Part shown: positions 1 through 9,452 of the stretch, piece by piece
How the letters are laid out: every line of letters begins with the position of its first letter
How positions within the stretch are numbered: the stretch's first letter is position 1
Assembly (NCBI GenBank): GCA_027459705.1
Contig: DAIDHM010000072.1
Span: 1 to 56,082, forward strand
DNA: 56,082 nt
Direction of reading: 5' to 3'
From: Ktedonobacteria bacterium
GTDB taxonomy: Bacteria > Chloroflexota > Ktedonobacteria > Ktedonobacterales > JACDGC01
Program-made: the position numbers and the translations under genes
Notes under the pieces: generated by a model
Told to the model about the DNA's origin: nothing
Seen by the model: the letters and a program-made list of their open reading frames with translations, nothing else
Databases searched by the model: none

Positions 1-2910
1 GAATCCGCAGCCAGTGGGGCGCTGGAACAACTGCGCAAACATCTCACTGCACAGGAACAGGAACACGAGCAGCACCGGGTGGCACGCGAAACGCTTTTGC
101 GTCTGCTCGGTGACCTCCGACGACAGCGTGGTGAGATCACCGCGCGCCTCCAAGGGCTGGAACGCGACCTGGCGGTCGCGCGCGAACGTCTGGCGAGCTT
201 AGAGCGCGCCGAACATGATCTGGCTGGCGAACAAGATCAGATGCGGACAGCAGTCCAGGCTGCCGCCGACCAGATTGCCCGTTTGACAGATGAGCTTGCC
301 GCCGCCGAAGCTGCGCAATCCACCGGGCAAGCAACGATCGCTGCGCTGGAATCGACAATTCATCGCGCGCGCCAGCGCCAGGAACGCGAAGATGCGCAGT
401 TGCGCACTGCCCAGCGCGACCAGATGCAAGCGCAGGCGCGCCTGGCCGCCGCGCAGAGCGAGGTGACGCGCCTCAAGCGGCAACGTGAAGATCGTCAGAC
501 AAAGCTCACCACCCACCAGACCAACGCGCTCCAGGCTACAGACCGCGCGCGCGTCGCGCAAGATCGGCTCGAGTCGCTACGCACCGCGCACGAAGGCCTG
601 CGCGCTGAATTAGGCGATCAATTGGTCGCGCGCACTTCGACCCAGGAAGCCATCGCCACCACGCAGACCGAATTGGATGAAGCGCGCTCCACCCTGGGGG
701 ATGCGCAACGCGACAGGCGTTCTTTGACAGATCGGCTGGGGTTGCTCCGCGAATGGGCGGCGTCCCAGCAAGAGGGCGCGGCCCTGCTGACGGCATGCGC
801 GGAGTTGCCCGTCGCGGAACGGCCAGAACTGCTAGGGGAGATGGCCGAACTGGCTCGCATTTCGCCAGAGCGCGAGCTCGCGCTGGAGGCCGCGCTGGGC
901 TCCTTCCTGCACGCCATTGTGGCCGCCAGCGAGGATGATGCCTGGCGCGCCGCGCAGGTGGCGCATGACCGTGGGCTGGGGCGCGTCCGCATTATCTGGC
1001 CAACGTCCGATGTGGCGAACGAAACAGCGACGCTGGCAGCACAACTGGATACCACAACCAGCCCAGCTGTATCAGCGACTGTGAACAGTTTGTTGCAGGG
1101 CATGCGCATCGTCGATGCCGACACTCCGGACGCACTGCGCTGGCACCTGCACACCACACCGGTCGTGACAATTCGCGGGGATGTGGCTCACCCCGCTGGC
1201 TGGCTCGTCACTGGTCAGGTAGTGGACGAGGGCAGCGAGAGCGCGCTGGCCCGCGCCCGCGAACTCCGCGCGATCCCCGAGCGCGTGGCCGCGCTCGAAG
1301 AACAGATTCGCCTCTTCGAAGGTTTGGTGACAAATACCCGCGCCGTCCTCGAAGAACAGCGCGCGACCGCACAGGCGGTCGAGAAAGCCATCAAAAGCCT
1401 GGAGGCGCGGCTGGCGGATCAGGCGAAAGCGCTGGGGCAGGCGCAGCGCGATGCAGAGAAAATGACGGGCGAGGCTCAGATTCAGCAAGCCGTCGAAGGC
1501 CAACTGTCGGCAGAACTGGTCGCGTTGGATGACGAGATCGCCGCCGCGGATGAGCGCTATGGCGAGGCCCAAGCCGCACAGCGCGACCTGGCAGACGCGC
1601 TGGACGGCATCCAGGAGGAAGCTGCGGTGGCGCAAAGCGAACTGCGCGCGCGACAAGAAGAATTGACGCAACACCGCACCACACTCGCCGTGAAACAGAA
1701 TGAAGCAAAATCGCTAGCCGAACGCCTGGCCATCGCCCGTGATCAGCAACGGGACCTGGCCGTTCAGGAAGATCGCCGCGCCGGTCGGCTGGGCGAGTTG
1801 CGACAGCAACGCGAAGATGTCGGCAGGGCGATTGCGCGCTATGAACAGGAATTAGCGGAGGCGCGGGTTATCGCCCAGACTCTGACGCGCGAACTGCAAT
1901 CCCATGAAGCGGATTCCTCATCCCATGATCATCGCGCCAGTGAGTTGGAGGCCGCGCTCGCCGCTGGCCGTGTTGAGTTGACACAGCGCGAGGCGGATTA
2001 CCGGCGCGCGTTGCTCGAAGCGCAACGGACACGCGACGCGGTCGAGACACTGCGCGGTCAGATGGCGGAGGAGATGGATGAGGCGGACTTCAAGGCCATC
2101 GTTGAACGCGACCAGGTTGAAGGCGACCCCATCCCCGCTGATGAGGTGACGAAGACCCGCCGCCAGATCGACAGCCTTCGTGGCCGTCTCAAATCCCTCG
2201 GCGGCTTTGATCCGGAAGCGCCGCGCGCGTATGAAGAACTAAAGGCACGCTATGAGTTCTTGACGTCCCAGGTCCGCGATATGGAAGAGGCGTCGGCCCG
2301 ACTGCGCGCCGTGATCCTGGAACTTGATCAGACCATGCGACGACGATTCGAGGAGACGTTTCATGCCGTGAATGAGCGCTTTCAGCGCCATTTCGTCACG
2401 CTCTTCCAGGGTGGCGCGGCGCGTTTGGAATTGACTCCGGCACGCGGCAGCGGGTCACCTGGTCGCGCAGCGAAGAACGAGGATCCTGAGGCAGCCTCTG
2501 ACCATTCGTCGGAGGAGGGCGAAGAAGGGCCAGCCGAGATCGGGGTGACGAAACGAGGTATGACTGGTGGCATTGAGGTTATCGTGCAGATACCCGGCAA
2601 AAAAGTACAGGATCTGACACTGCTCTCAGGCGGTGAGCGCGCGATGGTCTCAGCCGCGCTGCTTTTCGCACTCCTCGAGACCAATCCTCCCCCATTTTGC
2701 CTGCTCGACGAGGTGGATGCCGCGCTCGATGAAGCCAATGTCGTACGATTTTGCGAGATTTTAAAGATTCTGGCAACCCAAACCCAATTTATTGTCATCA
2801 CCCATAACCGCGTCACCATGACCAACACCGGCACGCTGTACGGCGTCTCGATGGCGGAAAGTGTCTCGCGTATCCTCTCGATGCGCATGGCGGAAGAACG
2901 GAGCGCCTGA
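1..2910 (+). CDS. smc: Chromosome segregation protein SMC, 5'-truncated by the window edge (frame is open from nt 1)
   Basis: About 940 aa of Ala/Glu/Arg/Leu/Gln coiled-coil ending in the ABC-like C-terminal head: signature 'LSGGERAMVSAALLFAL', Walker B 'CLLDEVDAALD', D-loop and 'FIVITHN'. An acidic low-complexity insert (~aa 800-840 of the ORF) sits just before the signature motif. Confidence 0.9.
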   Translation, partial: ESAASGALEQLRKHLTAQEQEHEQHRVARETLLRLLGDLRRQRGEITARLQGLERDLAVARERLASLERAEHDLAGEQDQMRTAVQAAADQIARLTDELAAAEAAQSTGQATIAALESTIHRARQRQEREDAQLRTAQRDQMQAQARLAAAQSEVTRLKRQREDRQTKLTTHQTNALQATDRARVAQDRLESLRTAHEGLRAELGDQLVARTSTQEAIATTQTELDEARSTLGDAQRDRRSLTDRLGLLREWAASQQEGAALLTACAELPVAERPELLGEMAELARISPERELALEAALGSFLHAIVAASEDDAWRAAQVAHDRGLGRVRIIWPTSDVANETATLAAQLDTTTSPAVSATVNSLLQGMRIVDADTPDALRWHLHTTPVVTIRGDVAHPAGWLVTGQVVDEGSESALARARELRAIPERVAALEEQIRLFEGLVTNTRAVLEEQRATAQAVEKAIKSLEARLADQAKALGQAQRDAEKMTGEAQIQQAVEGQLSAELVALDDEIAAADERYGEAQAAQRDLADALDGIQEEAAVAQSELRARQEELTQHRTTLAVKQNEAKSLAERLAIARDQQRDLAVQEDRRAGRLGELRQQREDVGRAIARYEQELAEARVIAQTLTRELQSHEADSSSHDHRASELEAALAAGRVELTQREADYRRALLEAQRTRDAVETLRGQMAEEMDEADFKAIVERDQVEGDPIPADEVTKTRRQIDSLRGRLKSLGGFDPEAPRAYEELKARYEFLTSQVRDMEEASARLRAVILELDQTMRRRFEETFHAVNERFQRHFVTLFQGGAARLELTPARGSGSPGRAAKNEDPEAASDHSSEEGEEGPAEIGVTKRGMTGGIEVIVQIPGKKVQDLTLLSGGERAMVSAALLFALLETNPPPFCLLDEVDAALDEANVVRFCEILKILATQTQFIVITHNRVTMTNTGTLYGVSMAESVSRILSMRMAEERSA

Positions 2911-2941
2911 ATTCGGCGCGCAACGAAGTTTGAGGAAGAGC

Positions 2942-3307
2942 ATGAGCGATCCACAACTGATTCCCGACCTGCGCCCACCATGCACCATGGAGACCTTCGA
3001 GCAAGTCGACATCCGTGTCGGTGTGATCCTATCGGCAGAACCACTGGCGAAAGCCCGCAAGCCCGCCTACGCCCTGCGCATTGATTTTGGGCCACTGGGC
3101 ATCAAGCAATCCAGCGCACAGATTACCGTACACTACACACCAGCGACGCTGGTGGGGCGGCGCGTGCTGGCGGTCGTCAATTTTCCACCACGCCGTATCG
3201 CCGGTTTTGTCTCCGAAGTGCTTACCCTTGGTGTTCCGGATGTCCATGGTGCTGTGGTGCTCGTCACACCCACCATGGAGGTGCCGCTGGGCGCACAACT
3301 CTTCTGA
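2942..3307 (+). CDS. tRNA-binding domain protein (CsaA/YgjH/Trbp111-like OB fold)
   Basis: 'FEQVDIRVGVILSAEP...KPAYALRIDFGPLGIKQSSAQIT...VNFPPRRIAGFVSEVLTLG' matches the CsaA/EMAP-II-like tRNA-binding fold pattern. The ATG at 2942 is chosen over the overlapping upstream frame start. Confidence 0.8.
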   Translation: MSDPQLIPDLRPPCTMETFEQVDIRVGVILSAEPLAKARKPAYALRIDFGPLGIKQSSAQITVHYTPATLVGRRVLAVVNFPPRRIAGFVSEVLTLGVPDVHGAVVLVTPTMEVPLGAQLF

Positions 3308-3474
3308 GAAGTCAGAACCATGTACACAGACCGCTCCATGTTCCCAATTTTACCCATGAGTCCTAGCCCGATCATAATGAGATTTGGCCATGATTTGCTC
3401 GTGGCTCCTTGCTCTTGTACGATAGCGATCCAGGGCCCCTGACGGGGGAGCAGTAGTGCGCTTGGCGCGAAGGG

Positions 3475-6400
3475 ATGCCGCGGATGGTGACAGACCGGGC
3501 GAACGTATTGGGACCAGTATCCATCTTGGTCAGTACGGAGTTGCAGCGCAAATTGAAGGCTGCCCTATCGCCGCTGGCACCTGATCTGGCTGGGATGTTA
3601 GCGGTACTGAACACGCAGCGTGGTGTCCCCGTTCTGGTGGAAGAGGTCGTCCAGCATCACCCACATTTCCTCTTTGGCGCTGGCCCACTCTGTCTGGTAG
3701 CGCAACCCGCTGGGGAAGCGGCATCTTTCACCACAACTGAGTTGCGTCCTCTGAAATTGCCCGAACAGCACCGCTTCGCCCGCGAGGCCCTCTGGGTCCA
3801 TGCTGCGGACTGGCAGATCGCGGATCCACGCGAAGCACTCCCGCTCCGCGAGGCCCAGAAGGCCGTCACCACGCTCCTCGAGATGTGGCGGCAGGCGTCG
3901 GCACCGGATCGGAACCGATCTACCCAGCACCCTGGCCACCAGGCGACGGCAATCCCCCCTATCGCGACACATGAGCGGTATCTGGAACGCCTCGATGGGT
4001 TAATCTCACTCTCGCGTCGTCTGGAACAAGATCGACTTCTGGAGACAGTAGGTGGCGCATCATTCGCATATCTGACGGCGGAGCCCGAACCCGAGCTACA
4101 TCGCTGGCTCTTGATCTGCGCGCCAGAGGCCCCACGTCCGAGGATCCGCGATCGAGTGCGCTTGCGTGATGCCCCAACCTTGCGTGGGGTGATCGTTGGT
4201 CAAACACGCCAGGGGGTAATCGTTGAATTTTCCGCAGGTCAGGCCCTGACCGTCGCAGACATCCCCACACCAGGTTGGCTGGAATTATTACCCTCCGTCG
4301 CCCAGTTCAACATACAACGCGAGGCAGTGGCGACCCTCCGCGCTGGCGGGTCCAGTAATCCACATCTGCTGGACATTTTTGTCGATCATCGCTATCAGCC
4401 ACTGCGGAAAGCACATAAAGGCGCAGATTCACCGGTCGATCTCGATCCAGACCAACTTGCCGCCTGGAAGGCGGCTCAGACGATTCCCGATGCATTGCTC
4501 GTTCTGGGTCCACCAGGCACCGGCAAAACGCATACGATCGCCCATATCACCAGCACGATGGCGGCGCGCGGGCAACGCATCTTGATAACCGCGCGCACGC
4601 ATCGCGCGGTCGATAACGCCCTTGAACGACTGAGCGCAATACCTGGGCTGAGGATTATCCGCGCGGGCCAGAGCGACCGCGTGGCTCCAGGTTTGCGCCA
4701 TCTCTTATTAGACGCCCAGACTCACGCGACCCGCGCGACAATTCTGGAGCGCGTGGACGAATCATTACGTCGCATGTCGCAGGCATTGGCTCATCTGGAG
4801 GCCGCCAAGCCGGTCGCGACAGCAGATGACTCAGACGCCGAGGTCGCCACCATCGCCGCGCGCATTCGTTCAACCGAGGTCGCGCTCCTGGCGGCACAAA
4901 CAGAGATAGATCGTCGCTATGGCATTCCCCAGCGTTTGTGGGAGACAGAGCTGGCGGACGAAATCGATCACCTTCGGACTACCGATGCCGCGCTCGCGGA
5001 TCTCGCGGCTCTCCAGGCCGATCTCCATGCGCGCCGCGCACGACCCTTCATCGGGCTCTGGTGGGCCATTGCCGAGGCACGAGTGGCACGACGCCTGCGG
5101 CGCGATCAGCAACGACGATCGCGGCACTCGCAGGCGTTGCTCGACCGCGCTCAGGAATATTTTGCCGTGCGCGCGCAACATGCGGCGGCATTACAACATC
5201 CCGATCTGGCTGAGTTCGCTCAGTCACTGGCAGATGATCGTGCGCTGTTAGCGCAACGTACGGGCGATCAACGATCCTGGTTGGGTGACATGGATGCTGT
5301 GCTGGCTCCGATTAGCAGCGACCGACCGGAATGGGATCCTGCGCGCGGTGGCGATATCCGAACCTATCAGGTCTGGGCGCATGATCTCATCCCCGTGTTG
5401 CGTCAGCGTCTGGCCATCATGCGGACATGGCGGAGCGCGGTGGCGGAGGATGCCGATACCCTGGTGCCGTTGCTGATCGAGAACGCTGATGTCGTCGGCG
5501 CGACCTGTATTGGCATCGCCACGACTCGCGATCTCCCAGATGAAGAATTCGATCTGGTGATTGCCGATGAAGCCGGCCAGATTGGGCTGGTGGATCTGTT
5601 GGTACCGCTCGTGCGGGCACGCCGCGCGATCCTGGTCGGCGACCATCAACAATTGCCGCCCTTCGTCGCAGATGAGATCCAACAATGGCTCACCGAGCAC
5701 ACTGGTGTGATTGCGGATGATCTCTTACGGGCCGTTGGCGATCTGCTCACCAAGAGCGCCTTTGAATTGCTGTTTCCGCGCGCTGAACCCAACCACCGCG
5801 TCTTGCTGACCCAGCAGAAACGCATGCCGCGGGTCATCGCCGATTTTCTCGCGACGCAATTCTATGGCAATCAGTTGCGATCGCCAATCGAAACAGATCC
5901 ACCAGCGACCTCTCCAGTATTAGCAGCGCCGCTGACGCTGGTCGATACCAGCGATCGTCCGCGGCCTGCCCGCGCCGAGAGTGTTGTGGGTGGTCAGGAT
6001 GCCAGCGATGCGCATGGGTATCGCAATGAGATCGAAGCTGCGTTGGTGGCCGATCTCGTCGACGCTTATGCCGGTCGCAAACTGGATTGGGTAGTCATCA
6101 CTCCCTATCAGGCACAGGCCGAGCGGGTGCGCGAACTCCTGCGGCAACGACTGCCAAACCTTTCCCTGGCGGAACTCCTCGAACGCGTGGCGACCGTCGA
6201 TTCCTTCCAGGGTGGCGAACGTGATTACGTCTTCTTCAGTTTCACGCGCTCCAATGCCAACGGCAATGTCGGGTTCCTGCGTGAACTGCGGCGGTTGAAT
6301 GTGACGATGTCGCGCTCCCGGCGGCAATTGATCTTAGTCGGTGATTTCCCTGGTCTCTGTGCGGCCAATGACGCAGGTTTTCAGCGTTTGGCGCGCGCGT

Positions 6401-6489
6401 TAGTCGACTATGTGCAACAACATGGCGAACGAGTGCGTTCGACCGAAGTTCCGGCACGGATCGCCGCATTGAGGGAGATGGCGCGGTGA
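3475..6489 (+). CDS. Superfamily 1B (Upf1/DNA2/NAM7-like, AAA_11 + AAA_12) helicase with ~330-aa N-terminal domain of unknown function
   Basis: Walker A 'LVLGPPGTGKTHTIAHI', Walker B 'LVIADEAGQI', motif III 'GDHQQLPP', motif IV 'QQKRMPRVIADF', motif V/VI 'VDSFQGGERDYVFFSFTRSN...MSRSRRQLILVGD'. The ATG at 3484 (MVTDR...) has better SD spacing than 3475, so the true start may be 3484. Confidence 0.85.
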   Translation: MPRMVTDRANVLGPVSILVSTELQRKLKAALSPLAPDLAGMLAVLNTQRGVPVLVEEVVQHHPHFLFGAGPLCLVAQPAGEAASFTTTELRPLKLPEQHRFAREALWVHAADWQIADPREALPLREAQKAVTTLLEMWRQASAPDRNRSTQHPGHQATAIPPIATHERYLERLDGLISLSRRLEQDRLLETVGGASFAYLTAEPEPELHRWLLICAPEAPRPRIRDRVRLRDAPTLRGVIVGQTRQGVIVEFSAGQALTVADIPTPGWLELLPSVAQFNIQREAVATLRAGGSSNPHLLDIFVDHRYQPLRKAHKGADSPVDLDPDQLAAWKAAQTIPDALLVLGPPGTGKTHTIAHITSTMAARGQRILITARTHRAVDNALERLSAIPGLRIIRAGQSDRVAPGLRHLLLDAQTHATRATILERVDESLRRMSQALAHLEAAKPVATADDSDAEVATIAARIRSTEVALLAAQTEIDRRYGIPQRLWETELADEIDHLRTTDAALADLAALQADLHARRARPFIGLWWAIAEARVARRLRRDQQRRSRHSQALLDRAQEYFAVRAQHAAALQHPDLAEFAQSLADDRALLAQRTGDQRSWLGDMDAVLAPISSDRPEWDPARGGDIRTYQVWAHDLIPVLRQRLAIMRTWRSAVAEDADTLVPLLIENADVVGATCIGIATTRDLPDEEFDLVIADEAGQIGLVDLLVPLVRARRAILVGDHQQLPPFVADEIQQWLTEHTGVIADDLLRAVGDLLTKSAFELLFPRAEPNHRVLLTQQKRMPRVIADFLATQFYGNQLRSPIETDPPATSPVLAAPLTLVDTSDRPRPARAESVVGGQDASDAHGYRNEIEAALVADLVDAYAGRKLDWVVITPYQAQAERVRELLRQRLPNLSLAELLERVATVDSFQGGERDYVFFSFTRSNANGNVGFLRELRRLNVTMSRSRRQLILVGDFPGLCAANDAGFQRLARALVDYVQQHGERVRSTEVPARIAALREMAR

Positions 6490-7751
6490 CCTTCGGACCA
6501 AACGAGAACGATTACCTCCTCCCCTACAGCCCTCTGACGGCGCTGGATCGGCTCGATGAAGCGGGCAATGGACAACCGCTCTATCTGTGGCGGCTACTCT
6601 ATCCAGTCTGGATCGTCGAGATTCCTGGCACGCGCATCGTCCGGCGCGATCTTGCGCCGTTCGAAGCAACCATCCTCCACGCGGTCCGCGAAGGCGGCGC
6701 GCAAACGACAGCGGATCTGGCCGCCATGCTCGGTATCGATGCTGATCTGCTCGATCGCGTACTCCTGGTGCAACAGCGCATTGGGCATCTCGGCCGTGAT
6801 AGCGCGGGACGACTGACAATGGGACGATTGGGCGCAAACTCGTTGCGCGACGGTGTCAGTTATCGTCGCGAGGAAGGCGCCAATGGCACGATGATCTTTG
6901 ACGCCTTTACACAAACCCCACTGCCCGATATGTATGGCCCCGAGATGCTGATAACCACGGACCAGCTGGATCAGCCAGCGGCGGCACGCTTCTTGATACC
7001 CCTCTGCGCGCGTCACTGGGATAATGCCGCATTGCGACCGGTCATCACGTCCCGAACGCTCCCCGAAGTCACCCCCCGCGCCGCATACCTCCCACTCTAT
7101 CTGGTCGAGACAACCGGTCCAAAAAATAGCGTGGCGTGCACCGCCACCCCTGACCGTATCGATACCACGCTGTCCACGATCATCGCCACTGCGAAGAAAC
7201 AGGACGCATTTCTTGCCGCGGCGCTGACCTACGATATTGCCGTTGCACGCGCCACCGCCAGTGCCTGGCTGACGCAGCGCGGTTTGTTGACCGCGTCTGT
7301 CACCCGCACAGCAGGCGGGGAATGGCGCGCCGAGTTGCCGCCCGATCTGCTCAAGCGTGGGCAGGGTGGCATGTCATTAGCGCGTTTGGGAACATATGAA
7401 TTGATCCAAGACCCGGCTGGCGGCGTAGTCTGCCTGCGCATCTGGTGCGCGGATCGCACCATGCGACATGCGGCGGCGGAAGCTCAGGTCAAAGCCCAAC
7501 AGGCTCGCCGACCTCAGACAGGCGCCGCCGGAGCCGGTGCGCACTCATCATCACCACTCGCCGAAACCACTTTCTCGACAATGCTGGCGCGACGTCTCAT
7601 CAGTCTCGAAGCTACGAACGATTCTCTGCCACATCCGCAGGGTCCGGTGCCTCCAGATAGCCTGGTGCCGCCGCCGAATAGTCCGGTTCCACAACCATCA
7701 CCGTCAGCGCCTGCCATGCCTTCACGGCGGCGCAAGCCGGAGCGCAATTGA
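6486..7751 (+). CDS. Hypothetical protein, translationally coupled to the helicase; N-terminal winged-HTH-like segment, Pro-rich C-terminus
   Basis: GTG start overlaps the helicase stop (GTGA). Long ORF with no in-frame ATG nearby. 'TTADLAAMLGIDADLLDRVLLVQQRIGHL' resembles an HTH. The C-terminal 60 aa are Pro/Ser-rich. No homology recognised by eye. Confidence 0.55.
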   Translation: MTFGPNENDYLLPYSPLTALDRLDEAGNGQPLYLWRLLYPVWIVEIPGTRIVRRDLAPFEATILHAVREGGAQTTADLAAMLGIDADLLDRVLLVQQRIGHLGRDSAGRLTMGRLGANSLRDGVSYRREEGANGTMIFDAFTQTPLPDMYGPEMLITTDQLDQPAAARFLIPLCARHWDNAALRPVITSRTLPEVTPRAAYLPLYLVETTGPKNSVACTATPDRIDTTLSTIIATAKKQDAFLAAALTYDIAVARATASAWLTQRGLLTASVTRTAGGEWRAELPPDLLKRGQGGMSLARLGTYELIQDPAGGVVCLRIWCADRTMRHAAAEAQVKAQQARRPQTGAAGAGAHSSSPLAETTFSTMLARRLISLEATNDSLPHPQGPVPPDSLVPPPNSPVPQPSPSAPAMPSRRRKPERN

Positions 7752-7819
7752 CTTTGGGGTACCACATCCCCGTCCTGAACAGCAGTCCTTCGCGAGAATC
7801 TCGTCTCACCGCGCTGGCC

Positions 7820-9208
7820 TTAACTGCCGATACTGGGAGTGTAATTGAAATCACTGAACGTGACCGTTCCGGCGCCAGCCGAACCAGCAAACATGACGAG
7901 GTCCAGATAACTGGTTGTTGAGTAGGTCGCATCGTTTGCTTGCCCAACATCGCGTCCATTGATGCGCATCGTCAGGGTCTGTTCGCGCATGATCGCCGCT
8001 ACCTGGTAGCTGGACGCGAGGGGTACTATGCCACTCTGGAGCGTCGTAGCCACTCCATTCTCCGCAGCAAAGCGCGCGATATACCACTCTCCCGTCTGCC
8101 CACACAGAAAAAACCCGTAGCGCCCCCCATCGTCCTGGACTCGCGTGAAGAACCCCGCACAGCCTCCGTTAAGTTGCGACACATCGATCGTCGCAGCCAC
8201 CAGGTAATTTGTTGGAAAATCGCCCACTTCACCGTAGAATCGCACCGTGCTCATAGCACTGGCTTGGGGAGACTGCGATATGCGCAACCCTGTTGGGGAG
8301 CAACTGAACTGAGTCAATGCGCCTACCCTGGCTGGCGCTGGCCAGAAAGCGCCACCTTGATCGCAGCCAGGCCCGGGAACAGGCGCGCTATAGGTGGGTG
8401 TGCCGACACCACCACTGGCAGTTGGGGTTGACGCGCTATTCCCCAGGGCGGTTCCAGCTGCTGAAGAGCCTGGTGTTACAGTGACTTCCGTCGCAACGCC
8501 CAGCGGCTGGTAGGTAAAATGATCAAAGAGCGCGGTCGTCGGTTGACCTACATCGCGCGCTACGAGAGCAATGCTGCTGGTCGTCAAATAAGTAGGGTCA
8601 GCCGTGCTACCCAGCAGTGTCCCATTCAAGGAGAGCGTGATAATTGGCCCATTCACCTCAACGGTAAGCTGTGGGTTTGTGGGCATTTGGGCCACCATCC
8701 CAATCGCCAGTCGCTGAGTCTTGCCCGCACTCGTGAAGCGTGTGATCATCCACATGCCATTGCGCGCAATCTCAAGGATTTGGCCGCCTCGCGGTGTCTG
8801 GCGATGCACTTCGATGCCAACGCTGGCAGTAGGCGAGCCAGCAGTGATCCGCGCGTCAACCGTCACACGGTAACGCGCGTCAAACCGCCCACCTCCCGGT
8901 GTCGCATAAAAGACTTCTGCATAGCGACCATCTGTTGCGCCAGCATCTAATTGCATCCCTTCAGTTGTACAGGACACGGTTGCCTGTGCGTCTGTCGCGA
9001 GAAACCAGTTGCCGCCATGATCCACGCAATGGGGGCCTGGCACCCCAATTGAGTACGCGGTATCCTTGTAGCTTGTCGACGGCTTTAACGTCACCGCGAT
9101 CGCCGCAACCGCGACGATCACAATGATGATCGTCGCGCCCAGTAACAGCACCGCCGTCGGCGATAATGTTTTCCGTCCCATGTTCCCCACAATCCAACGC
9201 TGCGGCAT
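7820..9208 (-). CDS. Membrane-anchored or secreted protein with two tandem copies of an unknown ~150-aa beta-rich domain
   Basis: N-terminal hydrophobic anchor 'AVLLLGATIIIVIVAVAAIAV'. Two internally similar halves ('...RFYGEVGDFPTNYLVAA...DGGRYGFF...' and '...RYAEVFYATPGGGRFDARYRV...'). Function unknown. Confidence 0.55.
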   Translation of the reverse strand: MPQRWIVGNMGRKTLSPTAVLLLGATIIIVIVAVAAIAVTLKPSTSYKDTAYSIGVPGPHCVDHGGNWFLATDAQATVSCTTEGMQLDAGATDGRYAEVFYATPGGGRFDARYRVTVDARITAGSPTASVGIEVHRQTPRGGQILEIARNGMWMITRFTSAGKTQRLAIGMVAQMPTNPQLTVEVNGPIITLSLNGTLLGSTADPTYLTTSSIALVARDVGQPTTALFDHFTYQPLGVATEVTVTPGSSAAGTALGNSASTPTASGGVGTPTYSAPVPGPGCDQGGAFWPAPARVGALTQFSCSPTGLRISQSPQASAMSTVRFYGEVGDFPTNYLVAATIDVSQLNGGCAGFFTRVQDDGGRYGFFLCGQTGEWYIARFAAENGVATTLQSGIVPLASSYQVAAIMREQTLTMRINGRDVGQANDATYSTTSYLDLVMFAGSAGAGTVTFSDFNYTPSIGS

Positions 9209-9393
9209 CCGCTCGTCATGCTAACAGATTTCAACTCGGTCCATGCTTGCACAAGGTCCAAACAACCCCATAGCCATCAGACACGTCAATTCCATGCGAA
9301 ATTGTTGAAGCGTTCAGCCAGAAGCGACTCACCTGTTAGCGGGGATGAGGAAATCTAACCAGGCACCGTCAAGCGTTATACACGATGCGAGCA

Positions 9394-9421
9394 AGGAGCG
9401 GAGTTTTGACACTCCGCTCCT
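9394..9421. terminator. 11-bp perfect-stem hairpin (AGGAGCGGAGT / ACTCCGCTCCT) between convergently arranged minus-strand genes; possible terminator or RNA structure
   Basis: Inverted repeat read directly from the sequence. A weak U-tract follows on the plus strand only. Confidence 0.3.
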
Positions 9422-9452
9422 TTCGATTCCTTCAATACTCCAAAAACAACAT

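Noticed and set aside
618-1674. Several long minus-strand ORFs inside smc (618-1157, 1072-1674), and likewise inside the helicase, kinase and Liv genes
   Set aside because: These are typical spurious antisense ORFs in GC-rich coding DNA. They have no SD or motifs and overlap strongly supported genes.
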